Under the pieces are notes generated by a model. The model saw nothing but the letters and a program-made list of their open reading frames with translations. It was not told the DNA's origin and did no database searches. A DNA stretch of 64,000 nucleotides. Origin: Podarcis vaucheri (lineage: Eukaryota). The stretch lies in NCBI GenBank assembly GCA_965113315.1, contig OZ220370.1; one strand, 5' to 3'. Below are positions 26,460 through 38,501 of this stretch, one piece after another. Every line of letters starts with the position of its first letter. Within the stretch, counting starts at the first letter, position 1. The position numbers and the translations under genes are program-made.

Positions 26460-28021
26460 CTCTGAAGGGGTCCAAGACTCCTCCTGCCATCTTCCCAAAG
26501 CCCTGCCTGGCTTTGGGAAAGAGCTCATGACTTGATGTTAACATTGGAAGACCCATTGCAAGGAGTTGGAACTCTTATGGACAAACTAAATGAGCTTGGT
26601 ATGTTAGCAGATTTTAAGATTCACCACCAGAAAATGAAAATACTAGCAAAGAATATGACAAGAAAACAGACGTTCAAATTGATGAAGAAAACAGGATTTC
26701 AAATTGGGGGGGGGGTGAGTTAAATATTTGGGCATCACTGTGACACATATGAACTGTACTTTTTTTCAAAATTATTATGTTAAAACATGGGCTGAAATTA
26801 AAAACAAATCAAGATGGGAGAAGTTTAAATTGTCAGTGCTTGGTAGAATTTCACTGATAAAAATGAGTGTTCTGCTTGCAATGATGTTTTTATTTCAAAC
26901 AATACCTTGTGTGAATAATGACTTGCTGTTTAAAGGATAGCAAAAATATTTATCTAAGCTTTTATGGCAAGGTAAAAAAAAAGAGCTAAAATGAAAGTAC
27001 TGCAATATGTGAAGGAAAGAGGGAAGACAGGGATGGCCTGACTTGAAATTGTACTTTGTAGCCTGTTGCTCAATTTGGATGAAGGAGTGGGTGACCTTCA
27101 AAAAATAAGAGAATTTTGGAATTAGAAGGTAATGGTTTAAGGTTTGGGTATCTGTGGTATGACAAGGTTAAAGTTATTGTGGAGTTTTAAAATTATTTTG
27201 TTAGGTGAGCTATATTGTGAGTCTGGTATTGATAGAAACCTAGGTTACATATATACAAACATACCTTTATGGACCTCAACATAAGAAGCATTTCATAGAA
27301 AAGAGATGACGGGTAAAGAGAAATGGCAAATCTATCTAGAATTATTAGCGTGGAGTGAAGGGGACTGCAGAATTAAAGCAAAGGAACAATTAAAAAGAAA
27401 TTTGGGGTATAATATTCAGATGGAACAGTGGGAACATATGTGGACTAAAGGGTTAAAATATACATTGTGTTATGACATAAAGAGGGTTTTTTTAATAAAA
27501 TGATGTACCATTGGTACTTAACTCCTGAGAAATTATTTAAAATGTATTTTAAAAAATACTCCAAATACTTGTTGGAAATGTAAAGAACATAGAGGGGCAT
27601 TTTGTCATGACTGGTGGAAAAAATATTGGATACAAAAAATATTGGATACAAATATATACATTGATACAGAGAATACATTGATAAAGATTAACTTTCAATT
27701 GAAACCAGAACACTTTCTGCTGGGGCTTATGGAAATACAGTTGGAAAAAGACTATTGAACTTTGCTTCCATATATGATTATGGCATTAAGACTTTTATAT
27801 GCACCAAAGATGGAAAGATTCATTATTACAAAAAATGGAGAAATGGTTGTGAAAATTAATGAACGTAGCTGAGATGGTGAAATTGACATGTTTAATAATA
27901 ATAATAATAATAATAATAAGCCATTGTTGACATTTGCTAAAGACTGGAAATCTCTTATAGACTTTTTGTGTCAAAATAAAAAAATTCCTTCCAGTAGCAC
28001 CTTAAAGACCAACTAAGTTAG

Positions 28022-29830
28022 GGACTTCCGGGGTTGGCGCGATCTGGAAATGGCGGATTCCCTCCGAGCTCCGGAGGGAATCGGCTCAGCGGTGGATGGG
28101 TCTTTGCCGTGCCGGCGACACGGGGACCCTTATAATCCGCAGGCGCGGATGCCTGCGGACTGAAGACTCGGTGGGCACCTTAAGCGCCCCCCCGATTCGC
28201 GAAGAGCCTTTTTAAAGGCTGCGGAGGGGATACGGGGGACGGCGCGGTGCTGAGAGTCGATTGCTACCGCCGCTGAGTGAAGCCGCGAGCCATGACTGGA
28301 GAGCGCTGACTTCCTTCCTTGAAATTTGGCTGAAAAGAAGAACCCGTGAGTAAACTAGAATTGGACTTTAAGAATTTTACCTTTTGAATTTGAGACGATC
28401 GGGGAGTGTGCTAAAAGGAAGTCCGCACCCCCACCTTGCAGACGATTCAGAGCAACGATGTAAGAACTAAGCTGGAGTGCCTACCCTGTAAAGGGTGAGT
28501 TTAAAAAGACAGTAACTTCCAAGATTTGGAAAAGTAACTTTGAGCAGGAGAGTGGAGTGTCGGAAGTCGTTTGTTTTGCTGTAAACAACCCCCCCTCCCG
28601 AGCCCGGGAGCATCCTGTTCTGGAGCCTGTGTAAGAGGTACAGAGTTTGACAGCTGTCAAACGGACTGTAAATAGTGGAAAATTGTAATTCCTCTGGATT
28701 AAAAGGAGTTACATTTGAACTAAAATTGTTGGAAATAAAGAAACAATAACAAGATTCAGGACTGTTGGAGAAAAGAACACTAAGTAACCAGATTCCCTCT
28801 AGGGGGAATTCTGTGGAATTACAATGGCTGTGGATGGAAAGATACTGGGGGAAATCGAAAGGATGTTCTATTTGGTGGGAATCTTACAAGAGCAGACTAC
28901 AGCTATGAGTGAACAATTGATGACCTTGACTTCTGAAAAAAGTAGTTCTGCTGAATGTAACGAGGACCGGAATGAGAAAGAATCCACAGCTGAACCAGAA
29001 ATGATAACTAAAGAGGAGGAGAAGACAAAACAAGAAAGAGAAGAAGTGAAGTGGGAAAACATTAACCAGAAGCTGACACCTGCAGAATACAAGCAAGGAG
29101 ACTATTGGATTAAACCTACTACAAATCTACGAAAGATGCAGAAGACGAAAGTGGAGGCCCTGGGAGTTTATGAAATTAAGGAATTTAAAATAAAGAAATA
29201 TAATTGGGGCCTCCACATAGACTCTGAATCTGATTACCTTCAAGATTTATGCCTTGTGGAAATTCTTCAGCAGCTGTTTTCAAATATGGGAAGAGACTAT
29301 GGACTGATTGTGACAGAATTCTTTCGAGACTTGATGACCGACATAAAGGATTACCAACAAGACCGGCGGAGAGGGACTGAAATAGACTTGAAAGCCTCGG
29401 ACGTGAGGAACCCAGGCTAAGAACTGTTACCTTGGACATGTTTTGGGAAGGGGCGCAAATCGGGGATGGGAGGGAGGGAAGGATTTAGTTTTAACAACAC
29501 TCAAGACCAGGGGATTTAGTCAATAAGATTATCACTTAAGACAAAATGGGAAATCGATGGAAGGGAACTGAGGTCCAACTTAGAAAAAATTTAACTTTGT
29601 TTTTCTCTATAAAAAGATTAACATTAAGATGGATAAGGAAATGCCAATTTGCTGATATAAATTTGCGAATAGGGATGCAAGGGAGGGGTGGGGGGAGGTC
29701 AACGACCAGGGTTAGAAAATAAGTTTTTCGGAAATTATACATGTTTGTTGTTTTTTCTGTTTGTTTGTTTTTGTGTTCTGTTGTTGTTTATATAAAATGT
29801 GAAAACCCAATAAAATTTTTTTCTTTAAAA
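28022..29830 (+). mobile_element. Full-length 1.8-kb non-autonomous L1-mobilised retroposon (HAL1-like)
   Basis: 18-bp TSD aaagaccaactaagttag at 28004-28021 and 29831-29848 at a TT/AAAG site; CpG-rich 5' end with aaatggcgg; single ORF; AATAAA at 29809-29814 and short A tail. Confidence 0.8.
28824..29420 (+). CDS. 198-aa charged, probably coiled-coil ORF of the retroposon (ORF1-like?)
   Basis: Uninterrupted ORF with good start context (acaATGg), E/K-rich, between the GC-rich leader and polyA signal; no recognisable domain. Confidence 0.5.
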   Translation: MAVDGKILGEIERMFYLVGILQEQTTAMSEQLMTLTSEKSSSAECNEDRNEKESTAEPEMITKEEEKTKQEREEVKWENINQKLTPAEYKQGDYWIKPTTNLRKMQKTKVEALGVYEIKEFKIKKYNWGLHIDSESDYLQDLCLVEILQQLFSNMGRDYGLIVTEFFRDLMTDIKDYQQDRRRGTEIDLKASDVRNPG

Positions 29831-30120
29831 AAAGACCAACTAAGTTAGTTCTTGGTATGAGCTTTCGTGTGCATGCACACTTCTTCAGATACACGGATTC
29901 AGATACACAGATAGACTTTTTGTGTGAAAAAGAAAAAGATATAATGACATTGGATTTGAGAACTGAAGATAATGGTTTATAGAAAATGGCTTTATTATAC
30001 AGGAGTGGATGTAGTGAATAATATTTATAAATAGCGGACAGACCAAGAATTCTTTAGCTCCTTAGCTTTCTCTCTGTCTTTCTTTTTTCTCTTCTCTCTC
30101 TCCCTTTTATTTTCTATTCC

Positions 30121-30121
<1 letters not shown>

Positions 30122-30172
<51 letters not shown>
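30122..30172. repeat. (CTTT)n microsatellite
   Basis: Direct reading. Confidence 0.9.
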
Positions 30173-30399
30173 GTCTTCCCCCCCTTCGCTCTCTGGACAC
30201 TATACTTCTACTGATTCTCTTTATGTCCATGTATCTGACACACACGCAGCCAGGACACTTCATTCACTGTTTGGTTTTCCAGGAAGAGATTGGGCATATT
30301 CTTTTCATTCACTTCTTACCCTCCTTTGATGCTTAAATGATATTGACAACCCATCTCCAAAGTTTCCAGACAGATTAACAAGTATAGCAAATAAAATTT

Positions 30400-30790
30400 T
30401 AGAACAATTTTAAAATATTATGAAAATATGTCTAAATCAGAAACGCCCCCGGAACAAAATATAGATTTATTCTTTGTGTAATTGGGATGTATAATAGTAT
30501 ACTTGGGCTACAAATGTTGGAAGACGGATAAATGTAATACATAAAACAGTTAAACATAGTTAAAAGTAACTACCCTCATGAATTATTATTTTTAGAGATT
30601 AAAAAAGCATTTGACAGGTTTGAGTGGACATAATTGTTTAAAAATATTGGAATACTTTAATACAGATGGGGAACTAAGAAGCTGGATAAAACTTTTGTAT
30701 TCTCATCCCATAACTCAAGTCAGGTTCCTTTGTAGTGAAGTAGTATGTCCACAAATTTACAGCTATTCAGGCCTCTTATTGGTCAAGGAA
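30400..30790 (+). mobile_element. Old L1 RT fragment
   Basis: Translates FLEIKKAFDRFEWT*LFKILEYF...WIKLLYSHP (cf. D.EKAFDRVEW...WIK.LY..P). Confidence 0.75.
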
Positions 30791-30889
30791 TATCTGCCAC
30801 TGTATCCAGGCTTGATTCCTTAAAAGTGGTTTTGCCACTTTGGTGTCTCATTCTGGATTGTTACACTGATAATCATAATAGTACTAGTA

Positions 30890-31077
30890 CAGTGGTACCT
30901 CTGGTTACATACGCTTCAGGTTACATACGCTTCAGGTTACAGACTCCACTAACCCAGAAATAGTGCCTTGGGTTAAGAACTTTGCTTCGGGCTAAAGTGG
31001 TGCTTCAGATTAAGAACAGTTTCAGGTTAAGAATGGACCTTCAGAATGAATTAAGTTCTTAACCCGAGGTACCACTG
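30890..31077. mobile_element. Tc1/mariner-type MITE (inverted relative to the 19313 copy)
   Basis: TIR cagtggtacctc / gaggtaccactg, TA flanks. Confidence 0.9.
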
Positions 31078-31811
31078 TAATAAGAAATTATTTGTACCCC
31101 ACCCATCTGCCTGGCTTGCCCCAGAAACTTGGGGGCACTCTGGTCTGTGTTTGGATGCTGTTTGCTGGATTTCACTGCAGTCAACTGCTCTAATGGCTAA
31201 ATATTAAAGTTAGGTAAATTAAGTTCATTGTTTTACCTTATAGTATTCTCATGCTTTGATTATTTGCCTAATGGTCTTATTTCACTGGTAACAATTTTCA
31301 TGCTGCTGTTTTTAATAATTATTAGCATTTCTGTCACTATAATCTTGGTGTACCTGTTCACTTGCTTAACTGCTCCAGAGTAGTTGGGGCTTGGGGCTCA
31401 AGAGGAAGAGTCAGGTTGTTCAGCTCTTGCTTTCTGGAATTTCAGCTTGTCTAGTGTGCAAAACGAGGTTCTCACCTATATATTGGATAATCAAGCAGCA
31501 ATGGTGGCAGCTTCTACCTCACAGGGATTATTTTATCCTAGTCATTTGGCAGCTTTGTATCAAAAGATAGCTAGTGCTCAGTTCCTGAGCACCGTCTGTT
31601 CTTTATATGGTGACAGAGGTGGGATAAGAGGCCAAGCAAGCTGTAGTTAACACATATCCTAGTGTGGTTAGATTGTTAGGAGGCAGTGAATTGATGAAAA
31701 GAAGATCAAAGAAAGTGGCAGACGTGTATGCTCATTGTGATCAGAGTTCAGTGGAGTCCACTCAACCTGCGGGAACCTATGATGTCCTGCAGAATGCTGA
31801 GCCACCTGGAG

Positions 31812-31814
<3 letters not shown>

Positions 31815-31854
<40 letters not shown>

Positions 31855-31868
31855 ATCTATCTATTTAT
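31815..31868. repeat. (TATC)n microsatellite
   Basis: Direct reading. Confidence 0.9.
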
Positions 31869-32604
31869 CACCTGGAGGAGACCAGCCCACCAAGGAACCA
31901 AGTAAACACTTGGATCAAAATTGTCATATATATATTTTGAAATTTCAAACCCTCATAACGCAAAAACATGATGAGATAAAGAATTAAAAATTTATATTTA
32001 AACTTAGTTTTGATCATTCAACAAGTGTACAAAATATTAAGAAAATTGGATGACATGAGGTAAAAAAGTTGGATTACTTGATATGGAATGACCCCTTATT
32101 AAAAAATAATAATGTGTTAATCAATGCTCTATTTAAAATTATTATCCAAGCATGCTTTATGTGCCTTGCCTTGCTTTGCTTCTATATTCCCAGCAGCTTT
32201 TAGCTATGATATGCCATTAGTCTGATTATTCCATATCACTGAGTCCCCAGTCCATCTGCAATTTCCTTGGGTGGGTGACACTACCAGCCCCAAGTATATT
32301 ATCCAAACCTATAAGTAAGGAACCCCTTCCCAGAGGGATGAGCCTTCAGCATCACCCCCACACAACTTGGAGGCAACCTCTTGGTGTAGTTGTGATCCAT
32401 TTGTTGTTTTTTAGCATTTACTTCTGGATCTTTACTTTGGTCACCCACTTTAGCTTTGAACTAGGATTCCTAAAAGGGAACATACAAGATGCCCGTGTAT
32501 TGGGCCCTTCAAAACTCTTCATCTGTTACAAGGTAGATGTGATCACCAAGAGGTGAGCGGGAGATGAGAAAAACAGTTGCCTTTGGGAAGGATTGGCTGC
32601 ATGC

Positions 32605-32768
32605 TCAAGTTACAAGAAAGGAGATTCCAACTAAACATCTAAATGGACTCCCTTGAGAGGTTATGGACTCTTCTTCCTTGGAGGTTTTTGATTGAAATCC
32701 CTGCAATGCAGGGGGTTGGACTAGATGACCCTTGGGATCCCATCCAGCTCTACAATTCTATCATTCTA
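32605..32768 (+). mobile_element. CR1 3' fragment
   Basis: caagttacaagaaaggagattccaactaaacatc...gggggttggactagatgaccc...ctctacaattctatcattcta. Confidence 0.8.
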
Positions 32769-32769
32769 G

Positions 32770-32960
32770 CTCTGAGAGCCTTCTGGAGGTTCCCTCGCTG
32801 TGAGAAGCAAAGCTACAGGGAACCAGGCAGAGGGCCTTCTCGGTAGTGGCGCCCACCCTGTGGAATGCCCTCCTATCAGATGTCAAGGAAATAAACTATC
32901 TGACTTTTAGAAGGCATCTTAAGGCAGCCCTGTTCAAGGAAGTTTTTAATGTTTGATGTC
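32770..32960 (+). mobile_element. L2 LINE 3' fragment
   Basis: agggccttctcggtagtggcgcccaccctgtggaatgccctcc encodes RAFSVVAPTLWNALP, the L2 ORF2 C-terminus. Confidence 0.85.
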
Positions 32961-32982
32961 AGATTGGCAACTTGGAAGCTAC

Positions 32983-33115
32983 NNNNNNNNNNNNNNNNNN
33001 NNNNNNNNNNNNNNNNNNNNNNNNNNNNNNNNNNNNNNNNNNNNNNNNNNNNNNNNNNNNNNNNNNNNNNNNNNNNNNNNNNNNNNNNNNNNNNNNNNNN
33101 NNNNNNNNNNNNNNN
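32983..33115. other. Assembly gap (133 N)
   Basis: Run of n. Confidence 1.
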
Positions 33116-33729
33116 GACAGATGATATATTTTATTATATATGAGACTTTCAAAAGGCAACTTGTTTCTTTTCTCCTGATCAAGTGTTTGGGAGGGAACAA
33201 AAACAAGTGCTTATAGAAGGGGATTTCAGGCTACTCTTGTCTGAGCTCCCTGTTTCCAACAGCAAAAGGCTTTCAAACAGTGGTACAAATTCCAGCATCT
33301 GGGACTTCAAAGCACAACATCCCCTTATGCCATAGTGATGTCAAGTGATTGATAGGTGGGCACCAGGGGGTGGGGGAACATAACAACTGTTTCCCTACTC
33401 CTGCAGTAGACCTTAGTGCAACCTGAAATCTGATTTGTACCTAGCACAATTGAATTAAATTCACTGGGCAGTTCTATGGATTCCCACTCAGAAGTAATCC
33501 CTGTACTCAAATATTATTATGCAGCCCAAATCTACAGATGATCTCCACATGAAAACTCTTGCAAACTAATGACAGTGCAACTTTCCCATCTTGCCCAGAT
33601 TTCCTTACCACCTCAGATTCTTGCTATTTTGTTTAACATCTGCAGCAAAAAAGATGAGAATCTGAAAATCAAAAGAAGGAGTGAGACAAAGTTTGAAGAA
33701 CCCCAACAAAGGTTCTAGAGAACCTACTA

Positions 33730-33971
33730 CAGTGGTACCTCGGGTTAAGAACTTAATTCGTTCTGGAGGTCCGTTCTTAACCTGAAACTATTCTTAACCT
33801 GAAGCACCACTTTAGCTAATGGGGCCTCCTGCTGCCGCCGTGCCGCTGGAACACGATTTCTGTTCTCAACCTGAAGCAAAGTTCTTAACCCGAGGTACTA
33901 TTTCTGGGTTAGCGGAGTCTGTAACCTGAAGCGTATGTAACCTGAAGCGTATGTAACCCGAGGTACCACTG
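33730..33971. mobile_element. Tc1/mariner-type MITE
   Basis: Near-identical to 19313-19521, same TIRs. Confidence 0.92.
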
Positions 33972-34158
33972 CAACTACTTCATTTTAGTGAATGTGCATG
34001 GCCATTGCCAGCAAAAGAATTTCAAAGGGACATAGGAATGTAAAACTATCAAACTATCAAAATTTAAATGCTATCACTTGTAGTTTGAGGTGAGACATAA
34101 GATTTTTAGAACAGTATATGGGTTAATTGGCTTGTCAATGCCAAAATGTCTGTGCCAT

Positions 34159-34453
34159 TGTTATGTACTGAGTTGAATAGGATCCAAAATGCAGCAGTCT
34201 GATTGGTCCTAGAACAATAGGATCCAAAATGCAGCAATATGACTGGTCCGCAGGAGCCACCCAATCCAGCTCCAGGTGGAAGTGAATCCACAACCTGATT
34301 GGTCTACAGGAGAATCCTGGAATTAGCCAATCACGTGCAGCCCATTGTGTAAATGATGTATATAAAGCAGATATTTTGGAGGGACAATCATTCCTCACCA
34401 CTATGAGCTGAATAAAGAGCATGAAATCCACTCTCGACTCCAAGTATATTTCA
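34159..34453 (+). mobile_element. Solo LTR
   Basis: TG...CA termini, 5-bp TSD gccat at 34154-34158 and 34454-34458, several CCAAT/ATTGG boxes, tatataaa, aataaa. Confidence 0.88.
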
Positions 34454-35819
34454 GCCATCAAGAACTGTTTTGTGAATTACAAGTGTATAATTACCACAGC
34501 TTGTCCTTTTCTGCATTTCATTTCCTCCTGACCTTATTTCCTCCTGCAACTGTTTCTCCCAGGATAACCTTTCAGGCATGTTCATACTGAAGTCCCCAAA
34601 ATCGTATGGCATAATAAATTGGCTAGTCTTTCAGGTGCTCCAAAACTTGCCCTACAGTTACTTGCTTTGGGGTTTTTCTATGCTTGTCTCCAATATTTGC
34701 ACACTTATTAAATGGGCAAAACTCATCACCTGCCATGAGTGAAAACATGAGAAAAGTGTTCTCTGCTTAGCATGAAATACACGCAGTTCCAGTTTTGACC
34801 ATTCTGTGTCGCTGTTGCTCAGCGCTGCTGAGGATGTGCAAAGAATCTGCAGGAAAACAGAACAGGCAGTGGGGAAATGGCGACTGAGCTTGCTGTTCAG
34901 ATGGTGTCTGATTTCCAGCCCTTTCACAATAAAGGAATTTGACATTCCTCCTCAATAAGGAAAGGGACCAGAAGAAGAACGTTCCTGCAAGGAAAGGTAG
35001 GGGCTTCCTTTCTTTGCCTTTGTGTAGTTCATTTTCTTTCTGATTTCTATTTTAGGTCCCAAAAATCTGGGAGGATGGACTGCCTGGACTCCTGCTTTCT
35101 TCACAATGAAACATGCAAATGGTTTGGTGCTATCACACAAGATTATTTCCAGACATGTAAGTGATGGATATAATAAAAATACAAGCATTTACTGGAAAAG
35201 AAATAAAAGTACTGAAGAAAACATTTCTTGGCATATTTAGTGAAACTGTTGATTGCAGACTCTATTGGACAAAACTGCAGTTTGTGTTTGGATAGCCATG
35301 TGGAGAAACATGCTTTTGTGTGTATACAAAAAGCACACAGAATGAAGACTTTATCAAGAACCATTTGCAATTTTGACCATGGCACAGAGGTGGATAAACA
35401 TGGAAGCACAGTGGTAAGATAAGAATGGGAGGAGAAACAAGTAAACCAATAAATGAAATTACAGTGGAAACAACTGGCATTATATTGTTGTCTTAATGTA
35501 TTGTATCCAAAGTGGGGATATCCAAAGCCATAGGAAGGGAGAATCACCTGATAGGAAGCAGATGACACAATGTAAATGAAAAGCATAATGAGAAGATCCT
35601 AGAAGGCCGTGTCAGAATGGGTGCCTGCAGCTCTAAGAATTTGATAGATAGCTTAAAAGTGGTGAAGGAATGCCCACATTTTGCAATTTTTTCACTGGAC
35701 ATTCAGAAATCAAATGAACTTATTCTGGTAAGGAAAGAAGAACCTTTCCTCTGGCAAGGAAAGCAGAAGCACAAACCACATCACAGTTATATCAGCATAC
35801 AGTACTTGTGAGTGAAAAT

Positions 35820-35913
35820 TGTTGCTGTTGTTTAGTCATTTAGTTGTGTCTGACTCTTCGTGACCCCATGGACCAGAGCACGCCAGGCACTCCTGTCTTC
35901 CACTGCCTCCCAC
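35820..35913 (-). mobile_element. RTE/BovB LINE 3' end
   Basis: tagttgtgtctgactcttcgtgaccccatggac...gccaggcactcctgtc is the BovB 3' signature with a (CAA)-like tail; TSD agtgaaaat at 35811-35819 and 35914-35922. Confidence 0.85.
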
Positions 35914-36157
35914 AGTGAAAATATAGAAGCTTAAATTTTCCGGCAGCAGCTGAGCAGAGGCTAGGAAGTAAATTCTGCTGTGCTTTGGGAAATGACCGAC
36001 ATAGCACCTACCCCAATTTATTGGAAATTTTTCACCTCCAATGTGCCTCTGAATATCACTAAATCTCATTGTTTAGGAATCAAAGTGTTTAGCCCCAAAG
36101 AATGCATATCAAGTTGTTCCAAGGACCTTTGATATCCAGCCCAAACTTCAGACTCTA

Positions 36158-36287
36158 TCTGAAAAAGTGTGCATGCACACGAAAGCTCATACCAAGAACA
36201 AACTTAGTTGGTCTCTAAGATGCTACTCGACAATTTATATATATATATATTTCTGCTGTGTCAGACCAACACAGCTACCTGCCTGAA
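36158..36287 (+). mobile_element. Penelope-like terminal-repeat monomer, hammerhead core mutated
   Basis: Homologous to 22941-23066; CTGAAGA reads CTGAAAA; TSD ttcagactcta at 36147-36157 and 36288-36298. Confidence 0.85.
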
Positions 36288-36599
36288 TTCAGACTCTAGG
36301 GTTATCACGTTTCCTTTGATGACATGTGAACACTTCTGTTTGTGGGTCCAGAAAATACATGAATAAAAGGATCTAACATCAGAAAAAGAGACAGTTTTAT
36401 GACCAGCTGATGATGAACACACTCAGATTTCCACAAAATGGCCTGGTGTCCTGGCTAAGCCAAAAAAGGAGACAACATATAGTCAAGTAACATCTGTTAG
36501 GCAACACAGCTATGTACAAAGATGTGAAGTCCAGATACAGGGGTTATTTTTTCAAGGATTATGATACATTTTCATGTCAATGTGAGCAGAGACACTGTT

Positions 36600-37830
36600 A
36601 GCAACACACTACCCTTTTTCTGATTGCATAGGAGATGTGTTGTGTTCAGACACTACAAATTAATTATGTTTTGTCTGCTCCCTCACTCATTCCTTTAAAG
36701 TAAAGAGATCAAACGTATTACATTAAAAGCATCTGTATGGCGTCTGAATTAGTAATCAAGGTTCAAGAGACAACAGAGGGACAAAATCACAATGTGTTTG
36801 CAAATCAATGGAGCACCTGGCTTCTACAACTGGCTTTGCGCTGGTAGGCAACAAAAGGGGGCAAACACCTAAGGCCCTGTATGGAAGTCCTCCCTGAAAG
36901 AGGCACCTGTGAACTTGCAGCTTTATGAAAGGTTCTTCTTACTTGCCCGACTTGCTCTCCTTACTTATTTGATGATAAGGTGCCATGCTGACAATCAGTG
37001 GCAACTGACTATGAAGCTGCCTGAAGCATGAAATTGACCAGCAACCCTGCAGGAGAAAACCCATGTTCTAAAGGTCCTGCCCTGAAATTTAATAAAGCTC
37101 AGCAAAGAGCAGTAGATGTTTGTTAAATAATATTTGATTAATAATTTTGACACCATTCTCTACCAGCGCATTCAACTAAGGATATCCTGAACTTGACTTT
37201 GCATGCCTTAATTCATAATGAGAAGCAAAATCTTTGAACTCCTGACAACAAAATTTTGGCTCATGATCTGACATAACCATCGGTGGAATACCCTGTCTTG
37301 TAAAAACAACTTTCAATTTGCCTATGACAAATTTTGCACTCAGATTGTTTAGTTCGGATCTCTGGATAATGTGAATAATGGTCAAGAACAAGTAAATATT
37401 GATGCCCCTCCTATTCAAACAAATCCATTCTCACTCTTGATCATAGAGCTAAAAAAATCCATATTAATAATAATAGGCTGTTTTGAAGCATACCTCACAA
37501 TCTTTTACAGAAGCTTCTATATCATGATTTAGGTCAGACCATCTCACTTCAAATATGCCACATTGTTAAGGAATCCCTTCCAAAACTGCAAGTCAACCTT
37601 TTTGCTCTGAAATTTGAAACATTCCAAATGTTTCTCCATCTTGCTAATATTTTGATCTCTCACCATATTAAGAAAAACAGCAATTTTCTGTATATCTGGT
37701 TTTTCATCTGACTGCATAGCCGACAATAAAATCTGAAACTCTTGTTTAAATATCTTCCTTTCCTGTGCTGCCACAAGTGTGAGCAGTAAAGGACATGGAG
37801 CTCCCAAATATTCCATCATACCTTCACATA
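36600..37830 (-). mobile_element. Degenerate, internally deleted Gypsy-like LTR retrotransposon (gag + integrase remnants)
   Basis: ORF 37176-37418 VFTRQGIP..VMSDHEPKF...EFKDFA..Y...H..SS.GYP matches the rve integrase core; ORF 37544-37819 is gag-like; purine tract aaaaaagggtag near 36610. Confidence 0.75.
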
Positions 37831-38486
37831 ATATATTTCACTCAATGTACCACGTTTATTGTCTTCTATTATTGCTTACTGTCTTCTATATGAAGATTGA
37901 AAATCAATGTAGTAGTTGGAACAAATCTCAATAAGCAAGCACAACATCATTCACCAACTGAATTTAATCTTATCTAACTTATAAAGATAACAAACAGACT
38001 TGAGAATTTATTCACTTTGAACATACAATGACATTTCATCACAATGAGAGGGGAGAATTCCATCCAAATTTGAAATGACTGGCTGGAGATAAAATGGCAC
38101 CCAAGTCATAGTCAGGGTCTGTCAGATGGCTCTTCAGAACAAGTCAATCTGTGTGAAGAGAAGAAGAAGCAGAGCTGGAAGTTGAAATGTTGTATGATGC
38201 AAAAAGTTGCATCATTTTTGTTGTTGTTCCTTCTTGGAGGCCACAGTGGCTGTGAACAGTTTATGCCAGCAACAGTCCTCTCAATAATTTGTGAATGTTT
38301 GGGGACATCACAGTGTCTCAACAAATATCTTGATGGGGAGTGGGGGGGCTTGAGAATGAGAGGTTACAGCCTTTTTATATATCAGTTAAGGGTTAAGAAT
38401 ACAATCATAAAATAGAAGCTGTTACATGAGATCTTTCTATGTGAGTTGGTACGTGGTAATGTTTCGGGAGCTACATTGCAGTTTAA

Positions 38487-38501
38487 ACACAAGGTGGTGC
38501 T
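38487..38501 (+). promoter_or_regulatory. Pcdh promoter CSE / forward CTCF motif (gene 1)
   Basis: acacaaggtggtgct about 250 bp upstream of the ATG; equivalent motif before every paralog. Confidence 0.8.

Larger units (their letters stand above)
27972..29910 (-). mobile_element. Penelope-like terminal-repeat element split by a later insertion; intact hammerhead motif at 29855-29892 (-)
   Basis: Halves 27972-28021 and 29831-29910 rejoin to match 22816-22908; TSD atagactttttgtgt at 27957-27971 and 29911-29925. Confidence 0.88.
26530..30050 (+). mobile_element. Degenerate L1 ORF2 3' part, interrupted at 27972-29910
   Basis: Broken frames LTLEDP..FKI..KMKIL, GRISLIKMSVL..MFLFQTIP and CWKCKEH..F.H.WW at about 27570, all homologous to the L1 at 1-1575; resumes after 29925. 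Confidence 0.85.

Noticed and set aside
1-38400. Pcdh-alpha constant exons or other host exons
   Set aside because: No constant-domain motifs (PXXP repeats, Lys-rich tail) or other convincing coding exons seen; short exons could have been missed.
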